A DNA stretch of 64,000 nt, from NCBI GenBank assembly GCA_050186825.1, contig JBFWYD010000031.1, positions 43,999 through 107,998 of the forward strand, given 5' to 3'. The stretch comes from Planctomycetota bacterium (GTDB taxonomy: Bacteria > Planctomycetota > J058). The translations under genes were made by a program, and so were the position numbers. Under the pieces are notes generated by a model. It had not been told where the DNA came from. It searched no databases and worked only from the letters and a program-made list of their open reading frames with translations. Shown piece after piece: positions 40,001 through 48,306 of this stretch; the stretch's first letter is position 1; every line of letters starts with the position of its first letter.

Positions 40001-40437
40001 CGGCCGAGGACCGGCGCGCCTGCCTGCGCGCGGGCATGGACGCCTACCTGGCCAAGCCGGTCCGGCTGGGCGCCCTCGAGGCCGTGCTGGAGGAGCTGTT
40101 CCGCGACCCGCCCGCGCTCGACCTCGAGCACCTCGAGCGCCTGCAGGCCGCGGGCGGCGCCCGGCATCCGCGCCTGGTCGAGGAGCTGGTGCAGGTCTTC
40201 CTCGAGGACGCGCCCGAGCTGTTCGCCGAGGTCCAGCACGCGCCCGCGGGCCCGGCCTTGGCGCGCGCGACGCACGCCCTGCGCGGCGCCTGCCTCAACC
40301 TGGGCGGGGCCGAGGTTGCGCGGGTGTGCGCCGACCTCGAGCGCTTCGCCGGGCGCGGCGAGCTGCGCGCGCAGCTCCAGGCGCAGGTCGAGCGCGAGCT
40401 CGAGCGCATGCTCGCGCAGCTCCGCGCCCGTCGCTGA
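37039..40437 (+). CDS. Hybrid sensor histidine kinase / response regulator (PAS-GAF-PAS, HisKA, HATPase_c, REC, Hpt)
   Basis: H-box ANVSHELRTPMNAVIGMAELL. HATPase RDTGMGIAAERMHLLFEPF...GTGLGLAICSGLV. Receiver VLVVEDHRLNQRVV...LVLMDVQMPRLNG...AKPV. Hpt-like HALRGACLNLGGAEVARVCADLE. Antisense ORF 36946-40566 is rejected. Confidence 0.9.
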   Translation: MSKLRQRLAAEQTTLLLDGCGRVLARGGVLSPALGDPALGEDLLATLGERGAAGLSDLRRDLERCLGGEAERTAGQGAGLAWSLQRLEGAGGASVLLELSPLVAGPTHEDDAELFRRIFERSIDGVGVLDARDGTYLLQNDAHRELVGYSDRELTGQTPAIHLHPDDATAVLQALQAEGTFRGEVRSTARDGTARWIELAAFTVQDEAGAPRYMVGIKRDATPRRRAEEAGRLRQGLRETVHSLLTWSRSDLALRAQLQGALMELLLVPWLELSPYGAVFLTEPDGADPEVLLRAAATNFSPEVDRLRWSAGRATTLAGEPVPDPQPERLLWAPLELGEQLQGLLVVRSRGEPSPLQRHSLGALAGALAGMVARRRALDALEESQRRFSELATSIPGVVYQYELRPDGSASFPLVSDSAEALLGLSPALIQADASLAFQRIHPDDLPGLYESIRVSAEQLTTWTYEYRHLLPSGEQRWHRGVSNPRRLANGAVRWSGVIVDITDRHEGEQELRLAKEAAEAATRAKSRFLANVSHELRTPMNAVIGMAELLLGTALDGSQLEYAETIRASADSLLLLIDDLLDVTRVEQDRLELELAPCDPRALVEGALAELAERAARKGLALASIFEGPVPGRVVADRGRLRQVLVNLLSNAVKFTAAGEVVVAMRATPRPGSERGLLLELSVRDTGMGIAAERMHLLFEPFRQLEDEPQEGTGLGLAICSGLVGLMGGRIWCESEPGRGSVFSFTCPVEPDGAHEPQRPGSGALPRLRAREVALVVGNEAERRMLEQQCERWGLHAHPCADLAAAAPLLQEPEPAVELLLLDASPEHLAALERAPCAVPVALLLTVRQAAPTPAQAEALGVVGNLRKPVRLEALLALFGEQLAASAPRPGTPPPAALAASLPLRVLVVEDHRLNQRVVTHQLAHLGYRAALAGDGLEAVRLVEQEPFDLVLMDVQMPRLNGLEATRRIRELLRPGPRIVAMTASASAEDRRACLRAGMDAYLAKPVRLGALEAVLEELFRDPPALDLEHLERLQAAGGARHPRLVEELVQVFLEDAPELFAEVQHAPAGPALARATHALRGACLNLGGAEVARVCADLERFAGRGELRAQLQAQVERELERMLAQLRARR

Positions 40438-40580
40438 GGTCGCTGGTCGCCGCGCGCCGAGAACCCTGACCGCTCCGTCCGCCGCAGGGCCTCCCCCGCG
40501 CGAGAGGGCCGCCCCTCCCTGTGATAGAACCCTGGCCCGCCCGGCCCTACCGTGGCCAGGGCCCAACGGACGGAGGCGCC

Positions 40581-42128
40581 GTGTCGGCCGAGTCCCCCGT
40601 AGACCGTCTGGAGCGGATGCGCCGCGAGGCCCTCGAGGGCGGCGGCGCCAAGCGCCTGGCGGCGCAGCACGCCAAGGGCAAGCTCAGCGCGCGCGAGCGC
40701 ATCGACCTCCTGGTCGACCCCGGGACCTTCGAGGAGCTCGACGCCTTCGTCCGCCACCGCTGCCGCGACTTCGGCATGGAGGAGACCAAGGTCCTCGGCG
40801 ACGGCGTGATCACCGGGCACGCGCGCGTGGACGGGCGGCGCGTGTTCCTCTTCTCCCAGGACTTCACCGTGCTCGGCGGCTCGCTGTCGGGGGCCTACGC
40901 GGCCAAGGTCGTGAAGATCATGGACATGGCGCTCAAGGCGGGTGTGCCCCTGGTCGGCCTCAACGACTCGGGCGGGGCGCGCATCCAGGAGGGCGTCGAG
41001 AGCCTGGGCGGCTACGCCGACATCTTCCTCCGCAACGTGCTCTCCTCGGGCGTCGTCCCCCAGATCTCGGCCGTGCTCGGCCCCTGCGCCGGCGGCGCGG
41101 TCTACTCGCCCGCGATCACCGACTTCACCTGCATGGTCGAGGACACGTCCTACATGTACGTGACCGGCCCGAGCGTGGTGAAGACGGTCACCGGCGAGGA
41201 GGTCGACCACGACGGCCTGGGCGGCCCCGAGGTCCACGCCCGCACCAGCGGCGTGGCCCACTTCAGCCGCCCCGACGACGCGAGCTGCCTGGCGCTCGTC
41301 CGCCAGCTGCTCTCCTACCTGCCCTCGAACAACGCCGACGACCCGCCCCGCGCCGAGGTCCGCGAGCCCGAGGGCGACGCGCTCGAGCTCGACCGCCTGG
41401 TCCCGCTCGACCCGAGCAAGCCCTACGACATCAAGGACGTGGTCCGGCGCGTGGTCGACGAGGGCAGCTTCCTCGAGGTCCAGGCCGACCACGCGATGAA
41501 CATCGTGGTCGGCTTCGCGCGCCTGGGCGGGCGCAGCGTGGGGATCATCGGCAACCAGCCGAACCACCTCTCGGGCGTGCTCGACATCCGGGCCTCGATC
41601 AAGGCCGCCCGCTTCGTGCGCACCTGCGACTGCTTCAACGTCCCGCTGGTGACCTTCGTGGACGTGCCCGGCTTCATGCCCGGCCGCGACCAGGAGTTCG
41701 GCGGGATCATCAAGCACGGCGCCAAGCTGCTCTACGCCTACTGCGAGGCCACCGTCCCCAAGCTGACCGTGATCACGCGCAAGGCCTACGGCGGCGCCTA
41801 CGACGTCATGAGCAGCAAGCACATCCGCGGCGACCTGAACTACGGCTGGCCCTCGGCGCAGATCGCGGTCATGGGCGCCAAGGGCGCGGTCGAGATCATC
41901 TTCCGGCGCGAGATCCTGGCGGCCAAGGACCCCGAGGCCGAGCTCCAGCGCCTGACCCAGGACTACGAGGACCGCTTCCTCAACCCCTACGCGGCGGCCG
42001 AGCGCGGCTACCTCGACGCGGTGATCCACCCCCACGAGACGCGCGCGCGCCTGATCTCGGGGCTGGAGCTGCTCGAGACCAAGCGCGACCAGAACCCGCC
42101 GCGCAAGCACGGGAACATTCCCCTCTAG
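40581..42128 (+). CDS. Acyl-CoA (propionyl-CoA-type) carboxylase carboxyltransferase beta subunit
   Basis: The PccB/AccD5-family carboxyltransferase is conserved throughout ([21 protein letters not shown]...[26 protein letters not shown]...). GTG 40581 with GGAGG 5 nt upstream is preferred over the ORF-track GTG 40521. Confidence 0.9.
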   Translation: MSAESPVDRLERMRREALEGGGAKRLAAQHAKGKLSARERIDLLVDPGTFEELDAFVRHRCRDFGMEETKVLGDGVITGHARVDGRRVFLFSQDFTVLGGSLSGAYAAKVVKIMDMALKAGVPLVGLNDSGGARIQEGVESLGGYADIFLRNVLSSGVVPQISAVLGPCAGGAVYSPAITDFTCMVEDTSYMYVTGPSVVKTVTGEEVDHDGLGGPEVHARTSGVAHFSRPDDASCLALVRQLLSYLPSNNADDPPRAEVREPEGDALELDRLVPLDPSKPYDIKDVVRRVVDEGSFLEVQADHAMNIVVGFARLGGRSVGIIGNQPNHLSGVLDIRASIKAARFVRTCDCFNVPLVTFVDVPGFMPGRDQEFGGIIKHGAKLLYAYCEATVPKLTVITRKAYGGAYDVMSSKHIRGDLNYGWPSAQIAVMGAKGAVEIIFRREILAAKDPEAELQRLTQDYEDRFLNPYAAAERGYLDAVIHPHETRARLISGLELLETKRDQNPPRKHGNIPL

Positions 42129-42142
42129 GGAGGCCAGCGCCC

Positions 42143-43654
42143 ATGCGCATCGACACCGTGCTGATCGCCAACCGCGGCGAGATCGCCGTGCGCGTGATCC
42201 GCGCCTGCCGCGAGACCGGGCGCCGGGCCGTCGCGGTCTACTCCGAGGCCGACGCCCACGCCCTGCACGTGCGTCTGGCCGACCAGGCCGTGTGCATAGG
42301 CCCGCCCGAGGCGGCCAAGAGCTACCTCGACGTCCAGAAGATCATCGCGGCGGCCAAGGCCACGGGCGCCCAGGCCGTGCACCCGGGCTACGGCTTCCTG
42401 GCCGAGCGGGCGGAGGCCGCGCGCGCGGTCGAGGACGCGGGGCTGATCTGGATCGGCCCGCGCCCCGACACGATCGCGGAGCTGGGGGACAAGCTGAGCG
42501 CGCGCGCGATCGCGGTCGAGGCCAAGGTCCCGCTCGCGCCCGGGAGCGACGGCCCGGTCAGCCTCGAGAACGTGGGCGCCGTGGCCGAGGCGGTGGGCTT
42601 CCCGCTCCTGCTCAAGGCCACCGGCGGCGGCGGCGGCAAGGGGATCCGCCGCGTGCTCCGCCCCGAGGACCTGGCCGGCGCGCTCGAGCGCGCCCAGGGC
42701 GAGGCCCGGAGCGCCTTCGGCACCGGCGACGTCTACGTCGAGGGCCTGGTCTCGCCGGCGCGGCACATCGAGGTCCAGATCCTCGGCGACGGCAACGGCC
42801 GGGCGATCCACCTCAACGAGCGCGAGTGCTCGCTCCAGCGCCGCCAGCAGAAGGTGGTCGAGGAGACCCCCTCGCCCTTCGTGACCCCGGCGCTGCGCGC
42901 GCGGATGGGCGCCGCCGCCGTGGCCCTGGCCGAGCGCGTCCGCTACCGCGGCGCCGGCACGGTCGAGTTCCTGGTCGACGAGTCGGGCGCCTTCTTCTTC
43001 CTCGAGGTCAACGCCCGGCTCCAGGTCGAGCACCCCGTGACGGAGTGGATCACCGGCGTGGACCTGGTCCGCGCCCAGCTCCACGTGGCCGAGACGGGCA
43101 CCCTCCCCCTCGAGCAGGACGAGATCGGCATCCACGGCCACGCCATCGAGCTGCGGGTCAACGCCGAGGACCCCCAGGCCGGCTACACGCCCTCGGTCGG
43201 CCGCGTGCACGGGCTGCGCATCCCCGGCGGCCCCTTCGTGCGCGTCGACACCGCGCTCCAGGAGGGCGACGAGGTCACCCCCTACTACGACTCGCTGGTC
43301 GCCAAGCTGGCGGTGTGGGGGGTGGACCGGCGCCAGGCCCTCGAGCGCTGGGCCGCGGCCGCGCGCGCCTTCCACCTGGGCGGGATCGAGACCACGCTGC
43401 CCCTGGTCGAGCGCCTGGTCGACGACGAGGACTTCCAGGCCGGCCGCTTCCACACCGGCTGGCTCGAGCCCTGGACCGAGCGGCTCGAGGACCGCCCCCT
43501 CTCGCGCGAGGAGCGCGAGCTGGTCGCGGTGGCCGCCGCGCTCAAGGCGCACGCCGCCGGCCAGGGCGCACGCCTGCTGACCCCCGGCGCCAGCGCGGGC
43601 CCGAGCCCGTGGGTGCTCTTGGGCCGCGCCGACCGCCTGCGGGTCCGGGGCTAG
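42143..43654 (+). CDS. Biotin carboxylase (acyl-CoA carboxylase alpha subunit, BC domain only)
   Basis: Biotin carboxylase motifs IANRGEIAVRVIRACRE, HPGYGFLAE, KATGGGGGKGIRRV and EVNARLQVEHPVTE. ATG 42143 with GGGAGG RBS. The 5' extension of ORF 40316-43654 is an artefact. Confidence 0.9.
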   Translation: MRIDTVLIANRGEIAVRVIRACRETGRRAVAVYSEADAHALHVRLADQAVCIGPPEAAKSYLDVQKIIAAAKATGAQAVHPGYGFLAERAEAARAVEDAGLIWIGPRPDTIAELGDKLSARAIAVEAKVPLAPGSDGPVSLENVGAVAEAVGFPLLLKATGGGGGKGIRRVLRPEDLAGALERAQGEARSAFGTGDVYVEGLVSPARHIEVQILGDGNGRAIHLNERECSLQRRQQKVVEETPSPFVTPALRARMGAAAVALAERVRYRGAGTVEFLVDESGAFFFLEVNARLQVEHPVTEWITGVDLVRAQLHVAETGTLPLEQDEIGIHGHAIELRVNAEDPQAGYTPSVGRVHGLRIPGGPFVRVDTALQEGDEVTPYYDSLVAKLAVWGVDRRQALERWAAAARAFHLGGIETTLPLVERLVDDEDFQAGRFHTGWLEPWTERLEDRPLSREERELVAVAAALKAHAAGQGARLLTPGASAGPSPWVLLGRADRLRVRG

Positions 43655-43664
43655 GAGGACCGCC

Positions 43665-44192
43665 GTGCACTACCGCGTCGAAGTCCAGGGCGAGACCTTC
43701 GAGGTCGAGCTGAGCGAGGACGGCCAGGGCCTGGCGGCCCGCATCGGCCAGGGCGAGTTCGCCCCGGTCAACCTCGAGCCCGCCCCGGCCCCGCTGCACC
43801 AGCTCGCCTGGGGCGCGCGCCGCGCCGCGCTCCGCCTCGAGGAGCACCCCCACGAGCCGGGCGTGCTGCGCATCGCGCTGCCCGGCCGCGGCGTCCTGAA
43901 CGTCGAGCCCCTCGACGCCCGCGCCGTGGCCGCCGGCGAGGGCCGCGCCGCGAGCAAGGCCAAGGGCCCGGGCGTGCAGCGCAGCCCCATGCCCGGCGTC
44001 GTGATCGAGGTCCGCGTGGCCGCCGGCCAGGAGGTCCAGAAGGGCCAGATCCTGCTGATCCTCGAGGCCATGAAGATGCAGAACGAGATCCGCGCCGAGC
44101 GCCCCGGCGTCGTCTCCGCCGTCCACGTCAGCGCCGGCCAGGCCGTCGCCGGCGGGGCAAAGCTCTTGGAGTACGCCGCCCTGGCGGAGTAG
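43665..44192 (+). CDS. Biotin carboxyl carrier protein (biotinyl/lipoyl domain)
   Basis: The C-terminus GQEVQKGQILLILEAMKMQNEIRAERPGVV carries the EAMKM biotinylation motif. GTG start with a GGAGG RBS. Confidence 0.85.
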   Translation: MHYRVEVQGETFEVELSEDGQGLAARIGQGEFAPVNLEPAPAPLHQLAWGARRAALRLEEHPHEPGVLRIALPGRGVLNVEPLDARAVAAGEGRAASKAKGPGVQRSPMPGVVIEVRVAAGQEVQKGQILLILEAMKMQNEIRAERPGVVSAVHVSAGQAVAGGAKLLEYAALAE

Positions 44193-44464
44193 CGGGTCGC
44201 GATCCCAGACGGAGAGCGGATGGCGACTCGCGCGGAGTTCCTGAGAGAGAGCTGGGGCAGCCTGATCGACTCCAACCTCGGCGAAGGCTGGATGTCTGCG
44301 GGCCGAAGTAGGCCGAAGTAGGCGGACGCCTCCCCTCCGTGGGATCGTCCCGTGCGCGTCCCAGCGTCCCTTTCAGCTCCTGCTCATCGCGCGCAACGAG
44401 GCGGCGGAAGCCCCGCGCGCGCCGGGCTCCGCCGTCCTGGCGCGGGCCTTGCACCGCGTCGCAC

Positions 44465-45706
44465 ATGATCCGCCCTGCGCTGCTCGTCCCCTGCCTGCTC
44501 CTCCCTTGGGTGTGCGCCGCGCAGACCGTCACTCCCGCGGCCGGTCACTACCGCGTCGAGGGCACCGACCAGGAGCTCGGGGTCTACACGGCGCGGGTGG
44601 AGCTCGACGCGCAGGGGCGGCTCTCGGGTGAGGCGCGCTTCGCGGACGGGGCCGAGGGCGCGCTGAGCGGGCGCGCCCGCGCGGGGCGTGACGGGCGGCT
44701 CGAGGTGGCGGCCACGCTCAGCAAGGAGGTCGAGGACCGCCGCGGCCTGAGCGGCGTGCTGGCCCACGTGGGCGTGCATCGCCAGCGGACCCTCAGCCGG
44801 GCGGGGTCGACCCGCTACCGCGCGCTCGGCGACGGCTGGATCGGCGCCTACCTGGCCCGCGGGCAAGAGGACGAGCGGCGCGGGGTCGAGCGCTGGGCGC
44901 GGCTCTCGGCCGAGGTCACCGTGAAGCTCCGGGTCATGACCTGGAACGTGCTCGGCTTCAAGACGAGCTGGGCCTCGCGCGAGGGCAAGCTCGCGGCCGT
45001 GATCCGGCGCGAGGCCCCGGACGTCCTCTGCCTCGAGGAGGTCAACGGCGTGACCCGCGGCCGCGGGACGCAGGCCGCGCGGCTGGCCAAGGCCGCCGGC
45101 GGCTACGAGGTGGTCTTCGAGGGCGCGCGCAGCCGGACCTTCCTCGGCCTGGGCTGGGAGGGGAACGCGATCCTGGCCCGCGGCAAGGTCCTCGAGCGCG
45201 CCCGCTTCGAGCTGCCCTCGGGCCCCGCCGAGCTGCACGCCCTCGGCCGCGTGGTCGTCCACGCCCGCGTCGAGCTCCGCCCCGGCGTCTGCCTCGACGT
45301 GTTCGCCACGCATCTCCACCAGAAGCAGGACGACGCAGGCAAGGCGCACCGCCTCGACCAGGGCCAGGCCTTCCTGGCCTGGCTCCGCGGCCGCCCCGAC
45401 CGCGGCCCACGCTTCATCGCGGGCGACTTCAATGAGGCCCCCGGCGGCAAGCTCGTCCCGCTCCTGATCGGCCAGGGCGGCTTCCTCGACGGCTGGGCCG
45501 CCGCCAATCCGGGCCAGACCGGCGGCACCTCCTCCACGGGCCGCCGGATCGACTACCTCTTCTTCCAGGACCCCGCCCGCCGCAAGCGCGCCCGCGTGCT
45601 CCGCGCCTGGACCGTCGGCCCCAACGAGCGCGGCGACGAGGGCCCGATGCTCTCGGACCACCGCGGGATCGTGGCCGACGTCGAGCTCACCCTGCCGCGG
45701 AGCTGA
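44465..45706 (+). CDS. Secreted endonuclease/exonuclease/phosphatase (EEP) family protein
   Basis: Signal peptide MIRPALLVPCLLLPWVCAAQ. EEP motifs VMTWNVLGF...DVLCLEEV...GDFNE...LSDHRGIVADVEL. Confidence 0.8.
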   Translation: MIRPALLVPCLLLPWVCAAQTVTPAAGHYRVEGTDQELGVYTARVELDAQGRLSGEARFADGAEGALSGRARAGRDGRLEVAATLSKEVEDRRGLSGVLAHVGVHRQRTLSRAGSTRYRALGDGWIGAYLARGQEDERRGVERWARLSAEVTVKLRVMTWNVLGFKTSWASREGKLAAVIRREAPDVLCLEEVNGVTRGRGTQAARLAKAAGGYEVVFEGARSRTFLGLGWEGNAILARGKVLERARFELPSGPAELHALGRVVVHARVELRPGVCLDVFATHLHQKQDDAGKAHRLDQGQAFLAWLRGRPDRGPRFIAGDFNEAPGGKLVPLLIGQGGFLDGWAAANPGQTGGTSSTGRRIDYLFFQDPARRKRARVLRAWTVGPNERGDEGPMLSDHRGIVADVELTLPRS

Positions 45707-45758
45707 GCGACCCGCTCCTCCCCTGACCGCTGGTGTCGAGCGACGGAGCGGAGCGCGA

Positions 45759-47888
45759 TCAGCCGGCCAGGAAGGCCCGGACCCGCTCGCGCAGGCGCTC
45801 GCCGCCGCGCCCGGGGGCGCGGGCTTCGACCAGCTCGGCGAAGGCGTCCACCAGGGCGGGGCGCTCCGCGACCAGCGGCTGGAGGTGCTCCTTGCCGATC
45901 TCCCACACCACCGCGCCCTCGAGCGAGCGCACGGTCGCGCTGCGCTCGGCGCCCGTGAGCAGGGACAGCTCGCCGAACACCGCCCCGGGCGCGAGCAGCG
46001 CCACGGGCTCGTCGGTCTCGCCCTGGCGGCGCAGGACCTCGAGCTCGCCCTCGGCGACCACGAACAGCGACGACCCCGGGGTCCCCTGGACCAGGATCCG
46101 CTCCATCGGGGCCAGGGAGATCGGCCGCACCGCCACCGCCAGCCGCGCCCGCTCCTCGGTGGTGAGCGGCGCGAAGAGCGGGGTCGCCTCGAGCAGCCGC
46201 TCGACCGCCGAGACCGAGGTGCTGGGCGGCGCCTGCGGCTCCTCCTCGGCCTCGAGCGTCGGCCCGTAGCCGTCGTGGCGCTGCAGCCGGGCCAGGCGCG
46301 CGGCGTCCCGCTCCATGTGGCTGTGGAGCAAGCTGACCTGGAGCGGGACGCACTCGGCGCCGGTGTGGTCCATCAGCCGGCGCGCCCGCGCCCAGTCCGC
46401 GACGTCGTTCATGGACGCCCGGTACTGGCTGCAGGCGGTGACGAACAGGCCGTCGTTGTCGCCGAACAGGCCGAGGATCGGCCTGGCCACCCAACCCAGC
46501 CCGCGCGGGGCCAGGTCTCCCTTGCGCAGCCAGAGCACGAGGTGCCGCACCGCGCGCGGCACGTGGTCGAGCTCGGGGAAGGCCGCGCCCACCTGGCGGA
46601 GCACGGCCCGCTCGGCGTCGCGGAACACCCGGTGCCAGGACTCCTGCGCGTTATAGGGGTTGGGGCCGGCCAGGTCGATCGCCCACTTGAGGTCGTCGTG
46701 GTGCGCGTGGAGGAAGGCCAGCGTCGCCTCCCGCTTGCGCAGGAGGTTCGCCCCGGCGACCGGCCCCAGCCGCGGCACGCCCGAGAGCGCGATCGCGCGC
46801 TTCTCCCACACCCCGCGCCAGGCGGCCACGTCGAGCTTCTCGCGCAGCGGCGCCCAGGCCGGTCTCTCCTCGAAGGCGCACCGCTCGGCCGGGCTCAGCG
46901 CGTCCCCGAGGTCGTCCTTGACGGCCTCGAAGATCCCCAGGCAGGTCAGCAGCTCGAGGTAGAGGCCGACGTCGAGCAGCCAGCGCGGGTTGGAGAAGAA
47001 GCGCCCGGCGCCGGCGATGTCGGCGATCAGGGCGCGCATGTAGAGGTCCGCCTTGTCGGTGCCGATGCGCAGCACCGGGTACCAGGGGTGCATCTCGTGC
47101 GAGAGGTCGGACACGCCGGCGGCCTCGGCCTGGCGACGCGTGTCGGGGATGACGACGTCCTCCAGCACTCGCCGGTAGAGGCTGCCCAGCCGGCGCCCGT
47201 CCACCACCTCGACCCGGACCTGCGTGGCGGAGAGCAGCGCGCCGCGGCGCTCCAGGCGCAGCGAGACCTCGACCTCCTGGTGGAAGGCGTGCCCGAAGCT
47301 GAAGGGGTCCGGCTCGGTGGCGGCGGCGCGCAGGCGCTGGCCGGCCTGGTCCCAGGACCAGCGCGCGCCGGGCAGCAGCGCCTCGTGCAGGTCGAGCGCG
47401 ATCACGAAGGAGCCGCGCCCGGCCTCCTCCCACTCGGCGTCGCGGACCCCCACCTCGCCGCCGCTCTCGCGGGTCAAGGTCTGCGGCCGGATGGGGACGC
47501 CGACCCAGCCCGGCACGGGGTCGGCGACGCCGTCGGCCCCGAGGAAGACCAGCGAGAGGCGCAGCTCCAGCTCCCCGAGCGCCGCGGGGTCGAGGCCCTC
47601 GACGCCGCTGACCCGGTAGAGCAGGTAGAGCAGGTCGCGCTCGGCGCCGTCCCCGAGCAGCAGGCCCACGACCTCGCTCGAGCCCAGCCCGGGGGAGGTC
47701 AGCTCGTCGGCCGGGCGCCGCCCGCGCACGAAGGGGACGAAGGCGCAGGCAGGGACGCGGCGCCCCGCCGCCGCCTCGAGCGCGTCGAGCGCGCCGCGCA
47801 CGGCGGACAGGCGCGCGCTCAGGTCCAACCCCTCGACCGGCGCCGTCAGGAGCGTGGAGAGGCGGTCGTAGAACTCGGCTTCGCGCAC
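45759..47888 (-). CDS. Protein with a C-terminal cyclic-nucleotide-binding (cNMP) domain; large N-terminal domain of unknown function
   Basis: cNMP motifs FAPLTTEERARLAVAVRPISLAPMERILVQGTPGSSLFVVAEGELEV...FGELSLLTGAERSATVRS. GTG 47888 with AGGAG 7 nt upstream is preferred. The ORF-track start at 48080 would read through the tandem repeats. Confidence 0.75.
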   Translation of the reverse strand: MREAEFYDRLSTLLTAPVEGLDLSARLSAVRGALDALEAAAGRRVPACAFVPFVRGRRPADELTSPGLGSSEVVGLLLGDGAERDLLYLLYRVSGVEGLDPAALGELELRLSLVFLGADGVADPVPGWVGVPIRPQTLTRESGGEVGVRDAEWEEAGRGSFVIALDLHEALLPGARWSWDQAGQRLRAAATEPDPFSFGHAFHQEVEVSLRLERRGALLSATQVRVEVVDGRRLGSLYRRVLEDVVIPDTRRQAEAAGVSDLSHEMHPWYPVLRIGTDKADLYMRALIADIAGAGRFFSNPRWLLDVGLYLELLTCLGIFEAVKDDLGDALSPAERCAFEERPAWAPLREKLDVAAWRGVWEKRAIALSGVPRLGPVAGANLLRKREATLAFLHAHHDDLKWAIDLAGPNPYNAQESWHRVFRDAERAVLRQVGAAFPELDHVPRAVRHLVLWLRKGDLAPRGLGWVARPILGLFGDNDGLFVTACSQYRASMNDVADWARARRLMDHTGAECVPLQVSLLHSHMERDAARLARLQRHDGYGPTLEAEEEPQAPPSTSVSAVERLLEATPLFAPLTTEERARLAVAVRPISLAPMERILVQGTPGSSLFVVAEGELEVLRRQGETDEPVALLAPGAVFGELSLLTGAERSATVRSLEGAVVWEIGKEHLQPLVAERPALVDAFAELVEARAPGRGGERLRERVRAFLAG

Positions 47889-48007
47889 GGTGAGCTCCTG
47901 CCAGGGCCAGCGGGGTCGGGAGTCTACGAGCGCCCCCCCCCGAGCCACCACGCTCGACTCGCGAGGGGCCGAAGGAGGCCTCGCGCCTGCGCGGCTCCCC
48001 CCCGGCC

Positions 48008-48215
48008 GCCAGGGCGGCCCAACCCATGGCGTCAACTTCCCCGCCCTGGCGCTCCGACCAGTGGCGTGACCCATCTCCAAGCCTCACCAAGGCGGCCCAA
48101 CCCAAGGCGTCAGCTTCCCCGCCCTGGCGCTCCACCCAAGGCGCCAGCCCTATCCAAGCCAAGGCGGCCCAACCCAAGGCGTCAGCTTCCCCGCCCTGGC
48201 GCTCCGAACCCAGGC
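48008..48215. repeat. Three tandem ~75-bp direct repeats (units start at 48008, 48087 and 48159), each with a 47-bp conserved core containing an internal 9-10-bp inverted repeat
   Basis: The core ccaaggcggcccaacccaaggcgtcagcttccccgccctggcgctcc is repeated 3x, with gccagggcgg...ccgccctggc stems. It lies between the GGDEF gene and the cNMP gene on the same strand. Confidence 0.85.
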
Positions 48216-48226
48216 GTCAGCCTAGG

Positions 48227-48306
48227 CTCTGAAGTGGGGATCCGCGCCGCTCACCCCCCCCTCGCCCACACCCCACGCCCCCACGGCGCGGATCCCCACT
48301 TCAGAG
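48227..48306 (-). terminator. Perfect 23-bp inverted repeat (hairpin, 34-nt loop) at the 3' end of the GGDEF gene; putative intrinsic terminator or attenuator
   Basis: ctctgaagtggggatccgcgccg pairs with cggcgcggatccccacttcagag. The right arm overlaps the gene's stop codon at 48301-48303. There is no U-tract. Confidence 0.55.

Noticed and set aside
36946-40566. 1206-aa minus ORF opposite the hybrid histidine kinase, and 39237-40469 + ORF
   Set aside because: Antisense or out-of-frame Arg/Gly/Ala low-complexity. The + strand 37039-40437 frame carries complete HisKA/HATPase/REC/Hpt motifs.
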